The translations under genes and the position numbers were made by a program. Source: an uncultured Shimia sp. (lineage in GTDB: Bacteria; Pseudomonadota; Alphaproteobacteria; Rhodobacterales; Rhodobacteraceae). Taken from it: a DNA stretch of 64,000 nt. Location of the stretch: assembly GCF_947498095.1 (NCBI RefSeq), contig NZ_CANMJE010000012.1, positions 10,029-74,028 on the forward strand, read 5' to 3'. The notes beneath the pieces were generated by a model that did not search any database, was not told where the DNA came from, and saw only the letters and a program-made list of their open reading frames with translations. Each line of letters begins with the position of its first letter. Position 1 is the stretch's first letter. Shown in pieces: positions 15,262 to 24,765 of the stretch.

Positions 15262-15972
15262 TTACCGGCCAATCCCGTCCGTGGCTTCCAGCATGACAGA
15301 CCGTGAGTGCGAGGCAAATTCGCGTCTCCACAACACAAAAAGTGTTAGAAAAGACCCCAAAATCAATGGAATAGCGCCAAACAACCACGCGGCGGCGGCG
15401 AGGCTGAAATAGACTGAACGCATGGCGCGGTTAAAGCTTTTGGCCGCTGTGATATTGATTTCACTGGCTTTTCCCGCCCTCGGCAGCCCCGCGGGGTCAT
15501 TTGGGTCATTGGGCACGGCGGACATGACAACGGAACAGTAACCAAACAGCCGGTGGGCCCAGACGAACTTTAGAAAAGCGTTTGAAATCAACAGGATCAT
15601 CAAGAGCAGCTTGATCTCGATAACAAAGGTCGGTGCCTTCATAATTGTGAATTCACGTGCCACGCCCGATAATTGGTCAGGATTACCAACCAGCGCCAGC
15701 CCTCCCCCAATAGCAATCATCGTCGCAGAGGCAAAAAAAGAGGTGCCCTGACGCAGGTTACCGAGGATCTGTGCATCGAACACACGCGGATTACGGTCAA
15801 CCAGATGTACCATCCACTCTCGCCGATACTTCACCATGATCTGTGAAAGGCTTGGATGATATTTTGGTGGATTTTCAATGAGATACCCAATTCCCTGCCA
15901 GCAGATCAAAAGCAGCAATACAGCGGCAAGCTCTAAGGGTGAAAACAGGTCTAGTCGGTCGGTCCAGCTCAT
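15262..15972 (-). CDS. DUF599-family membrane protein
   Basis: YRREWM...RVFDAQILGNLRQGTSFFASATMIAIGG...FNRAMRSVYF; divergent from glcD. Confidence 0.85.
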   Translation of the reverse strand: MSWTDRLDLFSPLELAAVLLLLICWQGIGYLIENPPKYHPSLSQIMVKYRREWMVHLVDRNPRVFDAQILGNLRQGTSFFASATMIAIGGGLALVGNPDQLSGVAREFTIMKAPTFVIEIKLLLMILLISNAFLKFVWAHRLFGYCSVVMSAVPNDPNDPAGLPRAGKASEINITAAKSFNRAMRSVYFSLAAAAWLFGAIPLILGSFLTLFVLWRREFASHSRSVMLEATDGIGR

Positions 15973-16015
15973 GACGCCACTCTAGCGCGGGAACAAGAGG
16001 GTTGCCAGATGTTTA

Positions 16016-16039
16016 AATTGGTTATATTTCCTTACCAAT
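16016..16039. promoter_or_regulatory. Candidate GntR/FadR-type (GlcC-like) operator
   Basis: AATTGGT-N11-ACCAAT dyad upstream of glcD. Confidence 0.45.
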
Positions 16040-16059
16040 ATTGGAAAGGGAATCGCGAT

Positions 16060-17499
16060 ATGGAAATGCCAGCCCCCGATCAGTCGATCATTGCCCGCAA
16101 GGCCCGCATCGTCGACCGCCTGCGATCGGTCCTTCCCGCCGACGCCGTGATCGAAGACGAGGTCGAAACCCGTGCTTATGAGTGCGATGCCCTTACAGCC
16201 TATCGGTGCCCGCCCTTAGCTGCGGTCTTGCCAGCCTCGACAAAAGAAGTTTCCGAGGTGCTCAAGGTTTGCCATGCAGAAGGTGTGCCGGTTGTGCCGC
16301 GCGGTGCGGGAACGTCGCTTGCGGGGGGCGCCTTGCCCACAGCGGACTCGGTAATCCTTGGTGTGGCGCGTATGACCGAAGTGCTTGAGACAGACTATGA
16401 CAACCGGTTTATTCGGGTTCAGTCTGGGCGCACGAACCTGAGCGTCTCCGGCGCGGTGGAAGAAGAGGACTTTTTCTATGCGCCTGATCCGTCGTCGCAA
16501 TTGGCCTGTGCCATTGCGGGCAACATCGCAATGAACTCTGGCGGTGCGCATTGCCTGAAATACGGCGTCACCACGAACAACCTTTTGGGCGTGACGATGG
16601 TCATGATGGACGGAGAGATCGTTGAGATTGGCGGCGCACATCTGGATGCGGCAGGGCTGGACCTCTTGGGCCTGATCTGCGGATCCGAAGGCCAGTTGGG
16701 CGTGGTCACCGAAGCCACGCTGCGGATCCTGCGCAAACCCGAAGGTGCCCGGCCCGTGTTGATGGGGTTCGATTCCAACGAGGTTGCAGGGCAATGCGTC
16801 AGCGACATCATCAAAGCGGGCATTCTGCCAGTGGCGATTGAGTTCATGGACCGCCCGTGTATCCGCGCGACCGAGGCTTTTGCCGGAGCAGGCTATCCGG
16901 ACTGCGAGGCCTTGCTCATCGTCGAAGTCGAAGGCAGTGACGAGGAGATTGAAGCCCAGCTGTCACGGATCAACGCGATTGCCCGCACGCACAACCCGGT
17001 TGAACTGCGTGAAAGCGGTTCCGCCGAGGAAAGCGCCAAGATCTGGCTGGGGCGCAAATCGGCCTTTGGAGCCATGGGTCAGATCAACGACTACATGTGC
17101 CTCGATGGCACGATCCCGGTTTCGCAGCTGCCCTATGTGCTGCGTCGGATCGGAGAAATGTCCAAAGAGTATGGGCTGGACGTCGGCAACGTGTTCCACG
17201 CCGGTGACGGCAACATGCATCCGCTCATTCTGTTTGATGCCAACAAGCCCGGTGATCTGGAACTGTGCGAGGCCTTTGGCGCAGACATTCTGAAGCTCTG
17301 TGTCGAGGTGGGCGGATGTCTGACCGGAGAGCATGGCGTGGGCATCGAAAAGCGCGACCTGATGGTGGATCAGTATGATCCCGAAGATCTTGAGATCCAG
17401 ATGGCTGTGAAAGACGTGTTCGATCCCGATTGGTTGTTGAACCCCGCCAAGGTTTTCCCGCTTGCCTCGAGCCAAGAGCGGCGGATCGCGGCGGAATAG
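16060..17499 (+). CDS. glcD: Glycolate oxidase subunit GlcD
   Basis: VVPRGAGTSLAGG, YAPDPSSQLACAIAGNIAMNSGGAHCLKYGVT, HAGDGNMHP, GEHGVGIEKR. Start moved to 16060. Confidence 0.96.
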   Translation: MEMPAPDQSIIARKARIVDRLRSVLPADAVIEDEVETRAYECDALTAYRCPPLAAVLPASTKEVSEVLKVCHAEGVPVVPRGAGTSLAGGALPTADSVILGVARMTEVLETDYDNRFIRVQSGRTNLSVSGAVEEEDFFYAPDPSSQLACAIAGNIAMNSGGAHCLKYGVTTNNLLGVTMVMMDGEIVEIGGAHLDAAGLDLLGLICGSEGQLGVVTEATLRILRKPEGARPVLMGFDSNEVAGQCVSDIIKAGILPVAIEFMDRPCIRATEAFAGAGYPDCEALLIVEVEGSDEEIEAQLSRINAIARTHNPVELRESGSAEESAKIWLGRKSAFGAMGQINDYMCLDGTIPVSQLPYVLRRIGEMSKEYGLDVGNVFHAGDGNMHPLILFDANKPGDLELCEAFGADILKLCVEVGGCLTGEHGVGIEKRDLMVDQYDPEDLEIQMAVKDVFDPDWLLNPAKVFPLASSQERRIAAE

Positions 17500-17541
17500 G
17501 CGCCGCGCACCATCCCAGAGATATTGAAAAAGAAGACGAAA

Positions 17542-18678
17542 ATGAGACCTGAGAACGAAGCGGCTATGGCCGAGATGGTTAAAACGGCTGCAGGCCCTTT
17601 GCGGGTCATTGGCGGCGGCACGCGTGACATCGGGGCGCCTGTCGAAGGCGAAACCCTATCAACGGCCAAAATGTCCGGGGTCTCGCTCTACGAGCCGGGC
17701 GCGCTGACAATCGTGGCCGGGGCTGGAACGCCGTTGGCCGAGATTGAGGCTGTGCTGGCCGCCGAGGAGCAACGTCTGGCGTTTGAACCGATGGATCACC
17801 GCCCTTTGTTAGGCACCAGCGGCGAACCCACCATTGGCGGCGTTGTCGCGGCGAACGTCTCGGGCCCGCGGCGCATCCAGGTCGGCTCGTGCCGCGATTC
17901 ACTGTTGGGTGTGCGATTTGTTGATGGCGCTGGCCGCGTTCTCAAGAACGGAGGCCGCGTGATGAAAAATGTCACGGGCTACGACCTGGTCAAACTGATG
18001 GCCGGGAGCTGGGGAACACTTGGCGTGCTGAGCGAGGTGTCACTGAAGGTTCAGGCAATCCCGGAAGCGTCAGCCTGCGTGTTGCTAAATGGCTTGGACG
18101 ATGTGGCCGCTGTAAACGCAATGAGCATGGCGCTGGGCTCACCCTATGACATAACCGGCGCGGCACATGCGCCGGTGGGCGTTGACGGGCATCCGGTGAC
18201 GATGATCCGGATTGAGGGTCTGGAGGCGTCGGTGGCGTATCGGGCGGAAAAGCTCAAAGCGTTGTTCGCCAAGACCGGCGCCGAAGTGCTTGTCGAGAGA
18301 ACGCCAGAAAAGCTGACTGCAGGCTGGAAATGGGTGCGCGATGCAGAGCTCATGCAAGGTGGTGCGGGTGACGTCTGGCGGTATTCGCTCAAACCATCGG
18401 ATGCGCCCCAAGTGGTTGCAGACATTCAAGAGCAGCATCCCGAAATCAAGGTGCTTTACGATTGGGGCGGTGGCCTCGTCTGGGTAGAAGCCCCTGCTGG
18501 CACTGACCTTCGGCGCTCGGAATTTGCCGGACACGCGACCTTGGTGCGCGCGTCGAATGCGACGCGTCGAGCGGTTCCAGCCTTCCAGCCTGAGCCAGCT
18601 CCTCTGGTGACGATATCCAAAGGCCTGCGTGCCAAGTTCGATCCCCGTGGGATCCTTAATCCGGGACTGATGGGGTAG
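17542..18678 (+). CDS. glcE: Glycolate oxidase FAD subunit GlcE
   Basis: YEPGALTIVAGAGTPL...SGPRRIQVGSCRD...GGRVMKNVTGYDLVKL...FDPRGILNPG. Confidence 0.95.
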   Translation: MRPENEAAMAEMVKTAAGPLRVIGGGTRDIGAPVEGETLSTAKMSGVSLYEPGALTIVAGAGTPLAEIEAVLAAEEQRLAFEPMDHRPLLGTSGEPTIGGVVAANVSGPRRIQVGSCRDSLLGVRFVDGAGRVLKNGGRVMKNVTGYDLVKLMAGSWGTLGVLSEVSLKVQAIPEASACVLLNGLDDVAAVNAMSMALGSPYDITGAAHAPVGVDGHPVTMIRIEGLEASVAYRAEKLKALFAKTGAEVLVERTPEKLTAGWKWVRDAELMQGGAGDVWRYSLKPSDAPQVVADIQEQHPEIKVLYDWGGGLVWVEAPAGTDLRRSEFAGHATLVRASNATRRAVPAFQPEPAPLVTISKGLRAKFDPRGILNPGLMG

Positions 18679-18683
18679 GGCCG

Positions 18684-20006
18684 ATGCAAACACATTTCAC
18701 AGATGAGCAAATGCAGGATCCCGGCATTCAACGTGCCAATGAAATCCTGCGGTCCTGCGTGCATTGCGGGTTTTGCACGGCGACGTGTCCGACCTATCAG
18801 GTTCTGGGTGACGAGTTGGACAGCCCACGAGGTCGCATTTACCAGATCAAGGACATGCTTGAGAACGAGCGCGTCCCAGACCCCAAGACAGTGCTGCATA
18901 TCGACCGTTGCCTGTCGTGTCTGGCCTGCATGACCACATGTCCCTCGGGTGTGCACTATATGCATTTGGTGGACCATGCGCGCGAATACATTGAGGGCAA
19001 GTACAAGCGCCCGCTCACGGACCGCCTGTTGCGTTGGACACTGGCGCGCATTCTTCCGTATCCCACACGATTTCGGTTGGCGCTTTTGGGGGCCAAGATC
19101 GGCCGCCCCTTTGCCTTATTGATGCCAGACGCACGTTTGAAGGCTATGCTTGAGATGGCGCCGAAGCATATCCCACCGGTGAGCCGCAACGACGATCCAC
19201 AAAGCTTCGCCCCCGAGGTGCCGCGCAAAAAACGTGTCGCGCTGATGACGGGATGTGCGCAAAAGGCGCTGAACACCGATATTAACGACGCCACCATTCG
19301 GCTTTTGACCCGGCTGGGTTGCGAAGTGGTTGTGGCCGAGGGCGCGGGATGCTGCGGGGCGCTGACGCACCACATGGGCAAAACCCAAGAAAGCCACGGC
19401 ACGGCGGCCAAAAACATCCGCGCCTGGTGTGCTGAGATGGATGGCGACGGGCTGGATGCCATTGTCATCAACACCTCCGGCTGCGGTACAACCGTCAAGG
19501 ATTACGGCTTTATGTTCCGCAATGAAGCTCTGGCCGAAGATGCGAAACGCGTCAGCGATATCGCGATGGATGTGTCCGAGGTTTTGATGACGCTCGACCT
19601 CCCCGAAGGAGAAAGTAAAGAGACGGTTGTGGCGTATCATGCCGCATGTTCGTTGCAGCATGGTCAGCAGATCAAGACCTATCCCAAGGATCTGCTCAAG
19701 CGGGCGGGCTATTCGGTGGTTGAGCCAGCGGACAGCCATCTGTGTTGCGGTTCCGCAGGAACCTACAACCTCATGCAGCCCGAGATTTCCAAGAAGCTCA
19801 AAGATCGCAAGGTGCGCACGCTCGAAGCTAAAAATCCTGACATTATTGCAGCTGGCAATATCGGTTGCATGATGCAGATCGGTGGCGCAACAGAGGTGCC
19901 GATTGTGCACACCGTTGAGCTGTTGGATTGGGCGACCGGTGGGCCGCAGCCCCCCGCATTGACCGCCGAAGGCAAACGCGCCCCCGAAATCCCGATCCTG
20001 CGCTAA
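18684..20006 (+). CDS. glcF: Glycolate oxidase Fe-S subunit GlcF
   Basis: CVHCGFCTATCP and CLSCLACMTTCP ferredoxin motifs; two CCG domains. Confidence 0.96.
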   Translation: MQTHFTDEQMQDPGIQRANEILRSCVHCGFCTATCPTYQVLGDELDSPRGRIYQIKDMLENERVPDPKTVLHIDRCLSCLACMTTCPSGVHYMHLVDHAREYIEGKYKRPLTDRLLRWTLARILPYPTRFRLALLGAKIGRPFALLMPDARLKAMLEMAPKHIPPVSRNDDPQSFAPEVPRKKRVALMTGCAQKALNTDINDATIRLLTRLGCEVVVAEGAGCCGALTHHMGKTQESHGTAAKNIRAWCAEMDGDGLDAIVINTSGCGTTVKDYGFMFRNEALAEDAKRVSDIAMDVSEVLMTLDLPEGESKETVVAYHAACSLQHGQQIKTYPKDLLKRAGYSVVEPADSHLCCGSAGTYNLMQPEISKKLKDRKVRTLEAKNPDIIAAGNIGCMMQIGGATEVPIVHTVELLDWATGGPQPPALTAEGKRAPEIPILR

Positions 20007-20097
20007 AGGCCCGCGCAACCACAGTCGGCCCATGTTCCTGCCCTAGTTTCGCCTTGTCCCCTTGCTAACAAGGGACAACGTTGAACATGGGGCAAAC

Positions 20098-20904
20098 ATG
20101 GTCCGATCGCTTTTAAATATTGTTTTCAGTCTCTTGCTGGCAACTTCAGTTGTTGCTGAAGATTCGGGATTGCGCCGTATGGACACGGGCGATCAGGCGC
20201 AGGGCTGGGAGGCCGTGGGTCGACTTGAGTTGAATGGGCGTGGGTTTTGCACGGGCGCGTTGATTGCCCCGGACCTCGTATTGACCGCAGCCCATTGTCT
20301 TTATGACAAAAGCACGGGCAAGCGTCTGAGTGTCGAACAGATTGAGTTTCGGGCTGGTTGGCGCAATGGACGCGCCGAAGCTTACCGAAACATTCGCCGC
20401 GCCGTACAACACCCCGACTATATATTTGGCCGTCAAAACGATGTGCGCCGCGTAACCAATGACCTTGCAGTGTTACAGCTCTATCACCCAATCAAAAACA
20501 CTCGCGTGGTGCCTTTTGAGACCGTGATGTCTCTGGGTCGCGGGTCCACTGTGGGTGTGGTTTCCTATGCTGAAGACCGTGCCGAGGCGCCGTCCTATCA
20601 AAAAATGTGCACGGTTCTGGGTGAGCAGGAAGGCATCTATGTGATGTCCTGCGACGTGAATTTTGGCAGCAGTGGCGCTCCAGTGTTCTCGTTTGAAAAT
20701 GGTCAGGCGCGGATCGTGTCCGTTGTATCAGCCAAGGGTGAGTACAACGCACGGCCGGTTTCTCTGGGCGTGGCGCTTGATGGTCCTTTCGAGGATGTCA
20801 TGGCGGCGTTCTCCTCGGTTAAGACCTTGCCAGACAACCGTCTGAGCACGCAGCAGCAGAGAAACCGAACCGGCGCCAAATTTCTCAAAGCTGGAGGGGG
20901 TTGA
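20098..20904 (+). CDS. Secreted trypsin-like serine protease (V8/SplB type)
   Basis: Signal peptide; CTGALIAPDLVLTAAHC (His), NDLAVL (Asp), GSSGAPV (Ser). Confidence 0.9.
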   Translation: MVRSLLNIVFSLLLATSVVAEDSGLRRMDTGDQAQGWEAVGRLELNGRGFCTGALIAPDLVLTAAHCLYDKSTGKRLSVEQIEFRAGWRNGRAEAYRNIRRAVQHPDYIFGRQNDVRRVTNDLAVLQLYHPIKNTRVVPFETVMSLGRGSTVGVVSYAEDRAEAPSYQKMCTVLGEQEGIYVMSCDVNFGSSGAPVFSFENGQARIVSVVSAKGEYNARPVSLGVALDGPFEDVMAAFSSVKTLPDNRLSTQQQRNRTGAKFLKAGGG

Positions 20905-20928
20905 AACCCCAAAAAAGCCTCCCCATCT
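20900..20928 (+). promoter_or_regulatory. RpoH (sigma32) promoter of ibpA
   Basis: GTTGAAA-N14-CCCCATCT, close to the sigma32 consensus. Confidence 0.8.
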
Positions 20929-21023
20929 CAACAGAACCGGGACGCCTGTTAAGGGTTTCGGAGAGAACCGCCTGTCCTTGTTGGAAGGCAAATACTGTTG
21001 TCGCTCATGATGGAGGATAACCC

Positions 21024-21491
21024 ATGAGAAGTTTTGATTTTGCACCCCTGTACCGTTCGTCCGTTGGTTTTGACCAATTGGCCAATATGATGGACCGCGT
21101 TTTGTCCACCGAAGGCTCTCAGGCCAGCTACCCCCCTTACAACATCGAAAAAACCGCCGAGGATGCCTATCGCATTTCTATCGCGGTTGCCGGATTCTCT
21201 GCCGAGGATCTAGGGATCGAGGTGAAAGAAAACGCATTGATCGTGACCGCACGCAACGCCGGTGACACCGATGAGAAAACCTATTTGCACCGTGGCATAG
21301 CAACCCGTGCCTTTGAACGCCGTTTCCATTTGGCGGACCATGTGCGCGTGACGGGTGCAAGCCATTCGGATGGCATGCTGCACGTTGATCTCGAACGCGA
21401 GATTCCCGAGGCGCTCAAGCCGCGCCGCATCGAGATTGCCAGCGGCAAGCAGATCGAAAAAGACGTGGTTGAGGCCAAAGCCGTCAACTAA
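21024..21491 (+). CDS. ibpA: Small heat-shock protein (Hsp20)
   Basis: MRSFDFAPLYRSSVGFD...YPPYNIEK...AVAGF...YLHRGIATRAFERRFHLAD. Confidence 0.95.
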   Translation: MRSFDFAPLYRSSVGFDQLANMMDRVLSTEGSQASYPPYNIEKTAEDAYRISIAVAGFSAEDLGIEVKENALIVTARNAGDTDEKTYLHRGIATRAFERRFHLADHVRVTGASHSDGMLHVDLEREIPEALKPRRIEIASGKQIEKDVVEAKAVN

Positions 21492-21520
21492 CGCAAGAAA
21501 ACGTTTGTCTCGCAAATTCG

Positions 21521-21551
21521 ACCCCCGGTTGCTCGACAGCCGGGGGTTTTG
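21521..21551 (+). terminator. Intrinsic terminator after ibpA
   Basis: ACCCCCGG-TTGCTCGACAG-CCGGGGGT followed by TTT. Confidence 0.8.
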
Positions 21552-21614
21552 CTGTGCCTTGCCATCTGGTGTCGCTTCACCCAAAGTCCGCGGATCGCCT
21601 GAACGGAATGACGC

Positions 21615-22817
21615 GTGAATTTTGCCGCCCTAAAGTCCCCGAATTTTCGCACCTATGTTGGCGGCAGCTTCTTGGGGCTGTTGTCGCTTTGGATGCAGCG
21701 GGTCACCAGCGGATGGCTGGCGTGGGATCTGACAGGGTCTGCCAGCTTTGTGGGGTTGGTTGCATTGGTGCAATTTGCGCCTGCGATCTTTCTCTCACCC
21801 CTGTTTGGGGTTTGGGCGGACCGGCTGAATGTCCAAAGATCGGCCCTCTTTGTCCAAACTCTCAATTTCTTGGTGGCCGTAACCTTTTGGGGTGTCGTTG
21901 CCTTGGGGGCGCTCACACCAGTGTTGATGATTTGTGTGACTTTGGCATCCGGCATTACCGCCGCAGCCAGCCACCCGGTCCGCATGTCTTTGACACCCCG
22001 GCTGGTCAAGCGAGAGTTGATCGGCTCCGTGGTCAACATCGTCGCGATCAATTTCAACGTCGCGCGGATGATGGGGCCAGCGCTGGGCGGTGTCCTCATT
22101 GGCACCTTGGGCGTGACCACGACGCTCTTGATCCAAGCCGTATTATACATCCCGTTTCTTTTGGCGCTCAGCCGTGTGACCTTGCGCCCCAAGCGCGACA
22201 GCGGCACGATTGAAGAGCCATTTTTCCAAGCACTTGCAACCGGGTTCCGCCACGTTTGGGTGACGCCGGTGATCTGGCGGGCCATGGTGACGGTGGGGGT
22301 TCTTTCTCTTGTTGCGCGTGGAACGCTCGAAATCCTGCCCCCCTTGGCAGATGGCGTGTTTCAACGCGGGGCCGGAGGTTTGGGAGTCCTCTTGTCAGCG
22401 ACTGGTATTGGCGCCTTGATCGGAGGTGTCTTCAAAGGCTTTCTACGTCCGCAGGAGCCGGGTCAAATTCCCGGCCTCTCGTTGGTGTTTGTGCTGCTGG
22501 GTTTGGGCTTGGTGCCCTTGTTGGGCGCTGTCCGTGTGTGGGAACTTGCCTTGCTGACCGTCGCCGGAATGGCTTTTGTCACAACCCTCACAGCGATTTC
22601 CATGCAGACGGCCATTCAACTGGTGCTGGAAGACGATATGCGCGGGCGCGTCATGAGCCTTTGGGCGGTGGTGACGGCGGGTGGGTCGGCCTTGGGTGCC
22701 GGGGTGTTGGGGCTTATGGCGGATGTGTTGGGATATCCACCAACCCTGTTTTGGGTCGGGACAGCTGCGCTGGTCGGTCTGGCAGGATACTTCGCCTATA
22801 TCCTTGGCCAAAGGTAG
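21615..22817 (+). CDS. MFS transporter (EntS/DHA3-like)
   Basis: About 12 TM segments; GVWADRLN and DDMRGRVMS MFS loop motifs. Confidence 0.9.
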   Translation: MNFAALKSPNFRTYVGGSFLGLLSLWMQRVTSGWLAWDLTGSASFVGLVALVQFAPAIFLSPLFGVWADRLNVQRSALFVQTLNFLVAVTFWGVVALGALTPVLMICVTLASGITAAASHPVRMSLTPRLVKRELIGSVVNIVAINFNVARMMGPALGGVLIGTLGVTTTLLIQAVLYIPFLLALSRVTLRPKRDSGTIEEPFFQALATGFRHVWVTPVIWRAMVTVGVLSLVARGTLEILPPLADGVFQRGAGGLGVLLSATGIGALIGGVFKGFLRPQEPGQIPGLSLVFVLLGLGLVPLLGAVRVWELALLTVAGMAFVTTLTAISMQTAIQLVLEDDMRGRVMSLWAVVTAGGSALGAGVLGLMADVLGYPPTLFWVGTAALVGLAGYFAYILGQR

Positions 22818-22840
22818 GTCGGACAGACTGTCCGACCTAC
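22814..22840. repeat. GTAG-type REP palindrome
   Basis: GTAGGTCGGACAG-A-CTGTCCGACCTAC, a perfect 13-bp inverted repeat. It supplies the TAG stop of the MFS gene. Confidence 0.85.
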
Positions 22841-22851
22841 GAGACGTTTGC

Positions 22852-24765
22852 TTAGTCCTGTGCGGCGAGGCTTTCGGCCAGGCGCATCAGCTGCACAGCC
22901 TCTGCCCGGTACCCAAAAGCGTCCTCTCCGCGTGCACGATTGGCCAAGGCAATCGCGTCACCCCAGCTCCAGTCTCCGAGATATCGACCATCACTCAAGA
23001 GTTGCCCGAACCCAGCGATCGCGGCGGCAAAGCGCATGTCACCATTTGGCTCTGAAGACGTTTCAATCGGGGTCTCAATCAACTGGCTGACAGTTTCACC
23101 CGGCTGCTTATACCGCAGCTTGAGAAACCCAATCTCACCCGAGGCGCTGCCGATCTCCGAGGCTGTGTCATAGCGCAGTGGATCCGTCAGGCGTGCCGGT
23201 GATCCAACCGGTGTGATCTCATACAGCGCGGTCACCGAATGACCCGCGCCGATCTCACCGGCATCGACCTTGTCGTTGTTGAAATCTTCGCGGTTCAGGA
23301 TGCGGGTTTCATACCCGATCAAGCGATATTCAGCGACGGCAGCAGGATTGAATTCGACTTGAATTTTTACATCGTTCGCAATCGGGAACAGGGCGCCGGT
23401 CAGTTGATCGACCAGCACTTTTTGTGCCTCGTTCAGCGTGTCGATATAGGCCGCCTGACCGTTGCCGTTCTGGGCAAGGGCCTGCATCGTGGCATCGTCC
23501 AGATTGCCGCGCCCAAAGCCGAGGACCGAGAGGTAAGTGCCGCTGTCACGCTTGTCAGCGATAAAGTCTTTCAGCGCGTCGGGATCAGACAGACCTACGT
23601 TGAAATCCCCATCCGTCGCGAGGAGCACGCGGCTGACCTCGCCGTCTTCGGACATGGCTTCTGCAACCGCGTAGGCTTGCCGCAACCCGGCCTGGCCAGC
23701 GGTTGATCCGCCCGCGTCCAGATTGTTCAAGGCGGCAAGGATCGTCGCGCGGTCACTGGCAGGGGTCGCTTCGAGAACCTGCCCCGCTGATCCGGCATAG
23801 GTCACGATGGCGACACTGTCTTCGGGGCGCAGCTCGCTGAGCATCAACGCAAAGCTTTGCTTCAACAGGGGCAATTTGTTGGGCGCACTCATGCTGCCGG
23901 ACGTATCAATCAGAAATACGAGGTTCAGTGGCGGGCGGTCTTCAATCGCGGGCACTTGGCCCTGCAATCCGATGTGCACAATCTGCGTGTCCGCATTCCA
24001 AGGAGTTTGGAAGGTCGTCACATGAGTGGCAAATGGCGCGCCATCCGCGCCGGGTGCTGCATAGTCATAGGGGAAATAGTTCACCAGCTCTTCAATACGC
24101 ACCGCATCCGGGTTGGGCAGATAGCCGTTCATGATCGAATTGCGCAAGATGCCATACGATGCCGTATCGACGTCGATCGAAAAGGTCGACACAGGGTCTT
24201 CGGCAGTCACTTTGAGCGGATTGCGATCGGCTTCAGGATAGGCCTCGGTGTTGGTGCCTTCATGAAGATATGTCGGCTCAGGCGCCGGGGCCGGGCGTGC
24301 AAAATCTGCAGAGCTTCCGGCTTGCGGCGCCGAGAGTGTGGCCACTGGGGCTTCGGCGTAGTTTGAGCGCTGTTTCGACAGGATCTCGCGGCGCAGTTCT
24401 GCCTCCGAGGCCAAAGCTTCTTCGGTGTCTACCACAACAGTGTCTGGCGTGCCGGACAATAGGCCGTCAATGTCCGGAGTACGGGACAGATCAGGCAGGT
24501 AAACCACCAGACCTACAGCAACAAGTGCTGTCGTTGCGGTGAGCGTGGCTTTGGCTGGAAAGGTTCTCAGCATATCAATAACTCCTCTGAACAGACCCCG
24601 TTTTGGGGCATCAGAGTTAAGACGCACGCCGTCGCGAGATCCTTGGAGGTCCTCAAAGTTTTTTTGCGCCAAGGCCAGATTTTCCGCCTTGCGAGCAGCA
24701 TCCGACGTGGGAGTCGCCGCTGTCATGGCAGCCTTGAGGTCGTCAAGATCGAGGTCATCGCTCAT
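22852..24765 (-). CDS. Membrane-anchored vWA (YfbK/DUF3520-like) protein, putative anti-sigma
   Basis: N-terminal cytoplasmic segment, one TM, STFSIDVDTASY, MIDAS motif DTSGS, LATDGDFNVG, C-terminal FAAAIAGFG. Confidence 0.88.
   Translation of the reverse strand: MSDDLDLDDLKAAMTAATPTSDAARKAENLALAQKNFEDLQGSRDGVRLNSDAPKRGLFRGVIDMLRTFPAKATLTATTALVAVGLVVYLPDLSRTPDIDGLLSGTPDTVVVDTEEALASEAELRREILSKQRSNYAEAPVATLSAPQAGSSADFARPAPAPEPTYLHEGTNTEAYPEADRNPLKVTAEDPVSTFSIDVDTASYGILRNSIMNGYLPNPDAVRIEELVNYFPYDYAAPGADGAPFATHVTTFQTPWNADTQIVHIGLQGQVPAIEDRPPLNLVFLIDTSGSMSAPNKLPLLKQSFALMLSELRPEDSVAIVTYAGSAGQVLEATPASDRATILAALNNLDAGGSTAGQAGLRQAYAVAEAMSEDGEVSRVLLATDGDFNVGLSDPDALKDFIADKRDSGTYLSVLGFGRGNLDDATMQALAQNGNGQAAYIDTLNEAQKVLVDQLTGALFPIANDVKIQVEFNPAAVAEYRLIGYETRILNREDFNNDKVDAGEIGAGHSVTALYEITPVGSPARLTDPLRYDTASEIGSASGEIGFLKLRYKQPGETVSQLIETPIETSSEPNGDMRFAAAIAGFGQLLSDGRYLGDWSWGDAIALANRARGEDAFGYRAEAVQLMRLAESLAAQD

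Noticed and set aside
14769-15388. ORFs 14769-15092, 15045-15338 and 15107-15388
   Set aside because: They have no RBS or motifs and are built from repeat-rich non-coding DNA.
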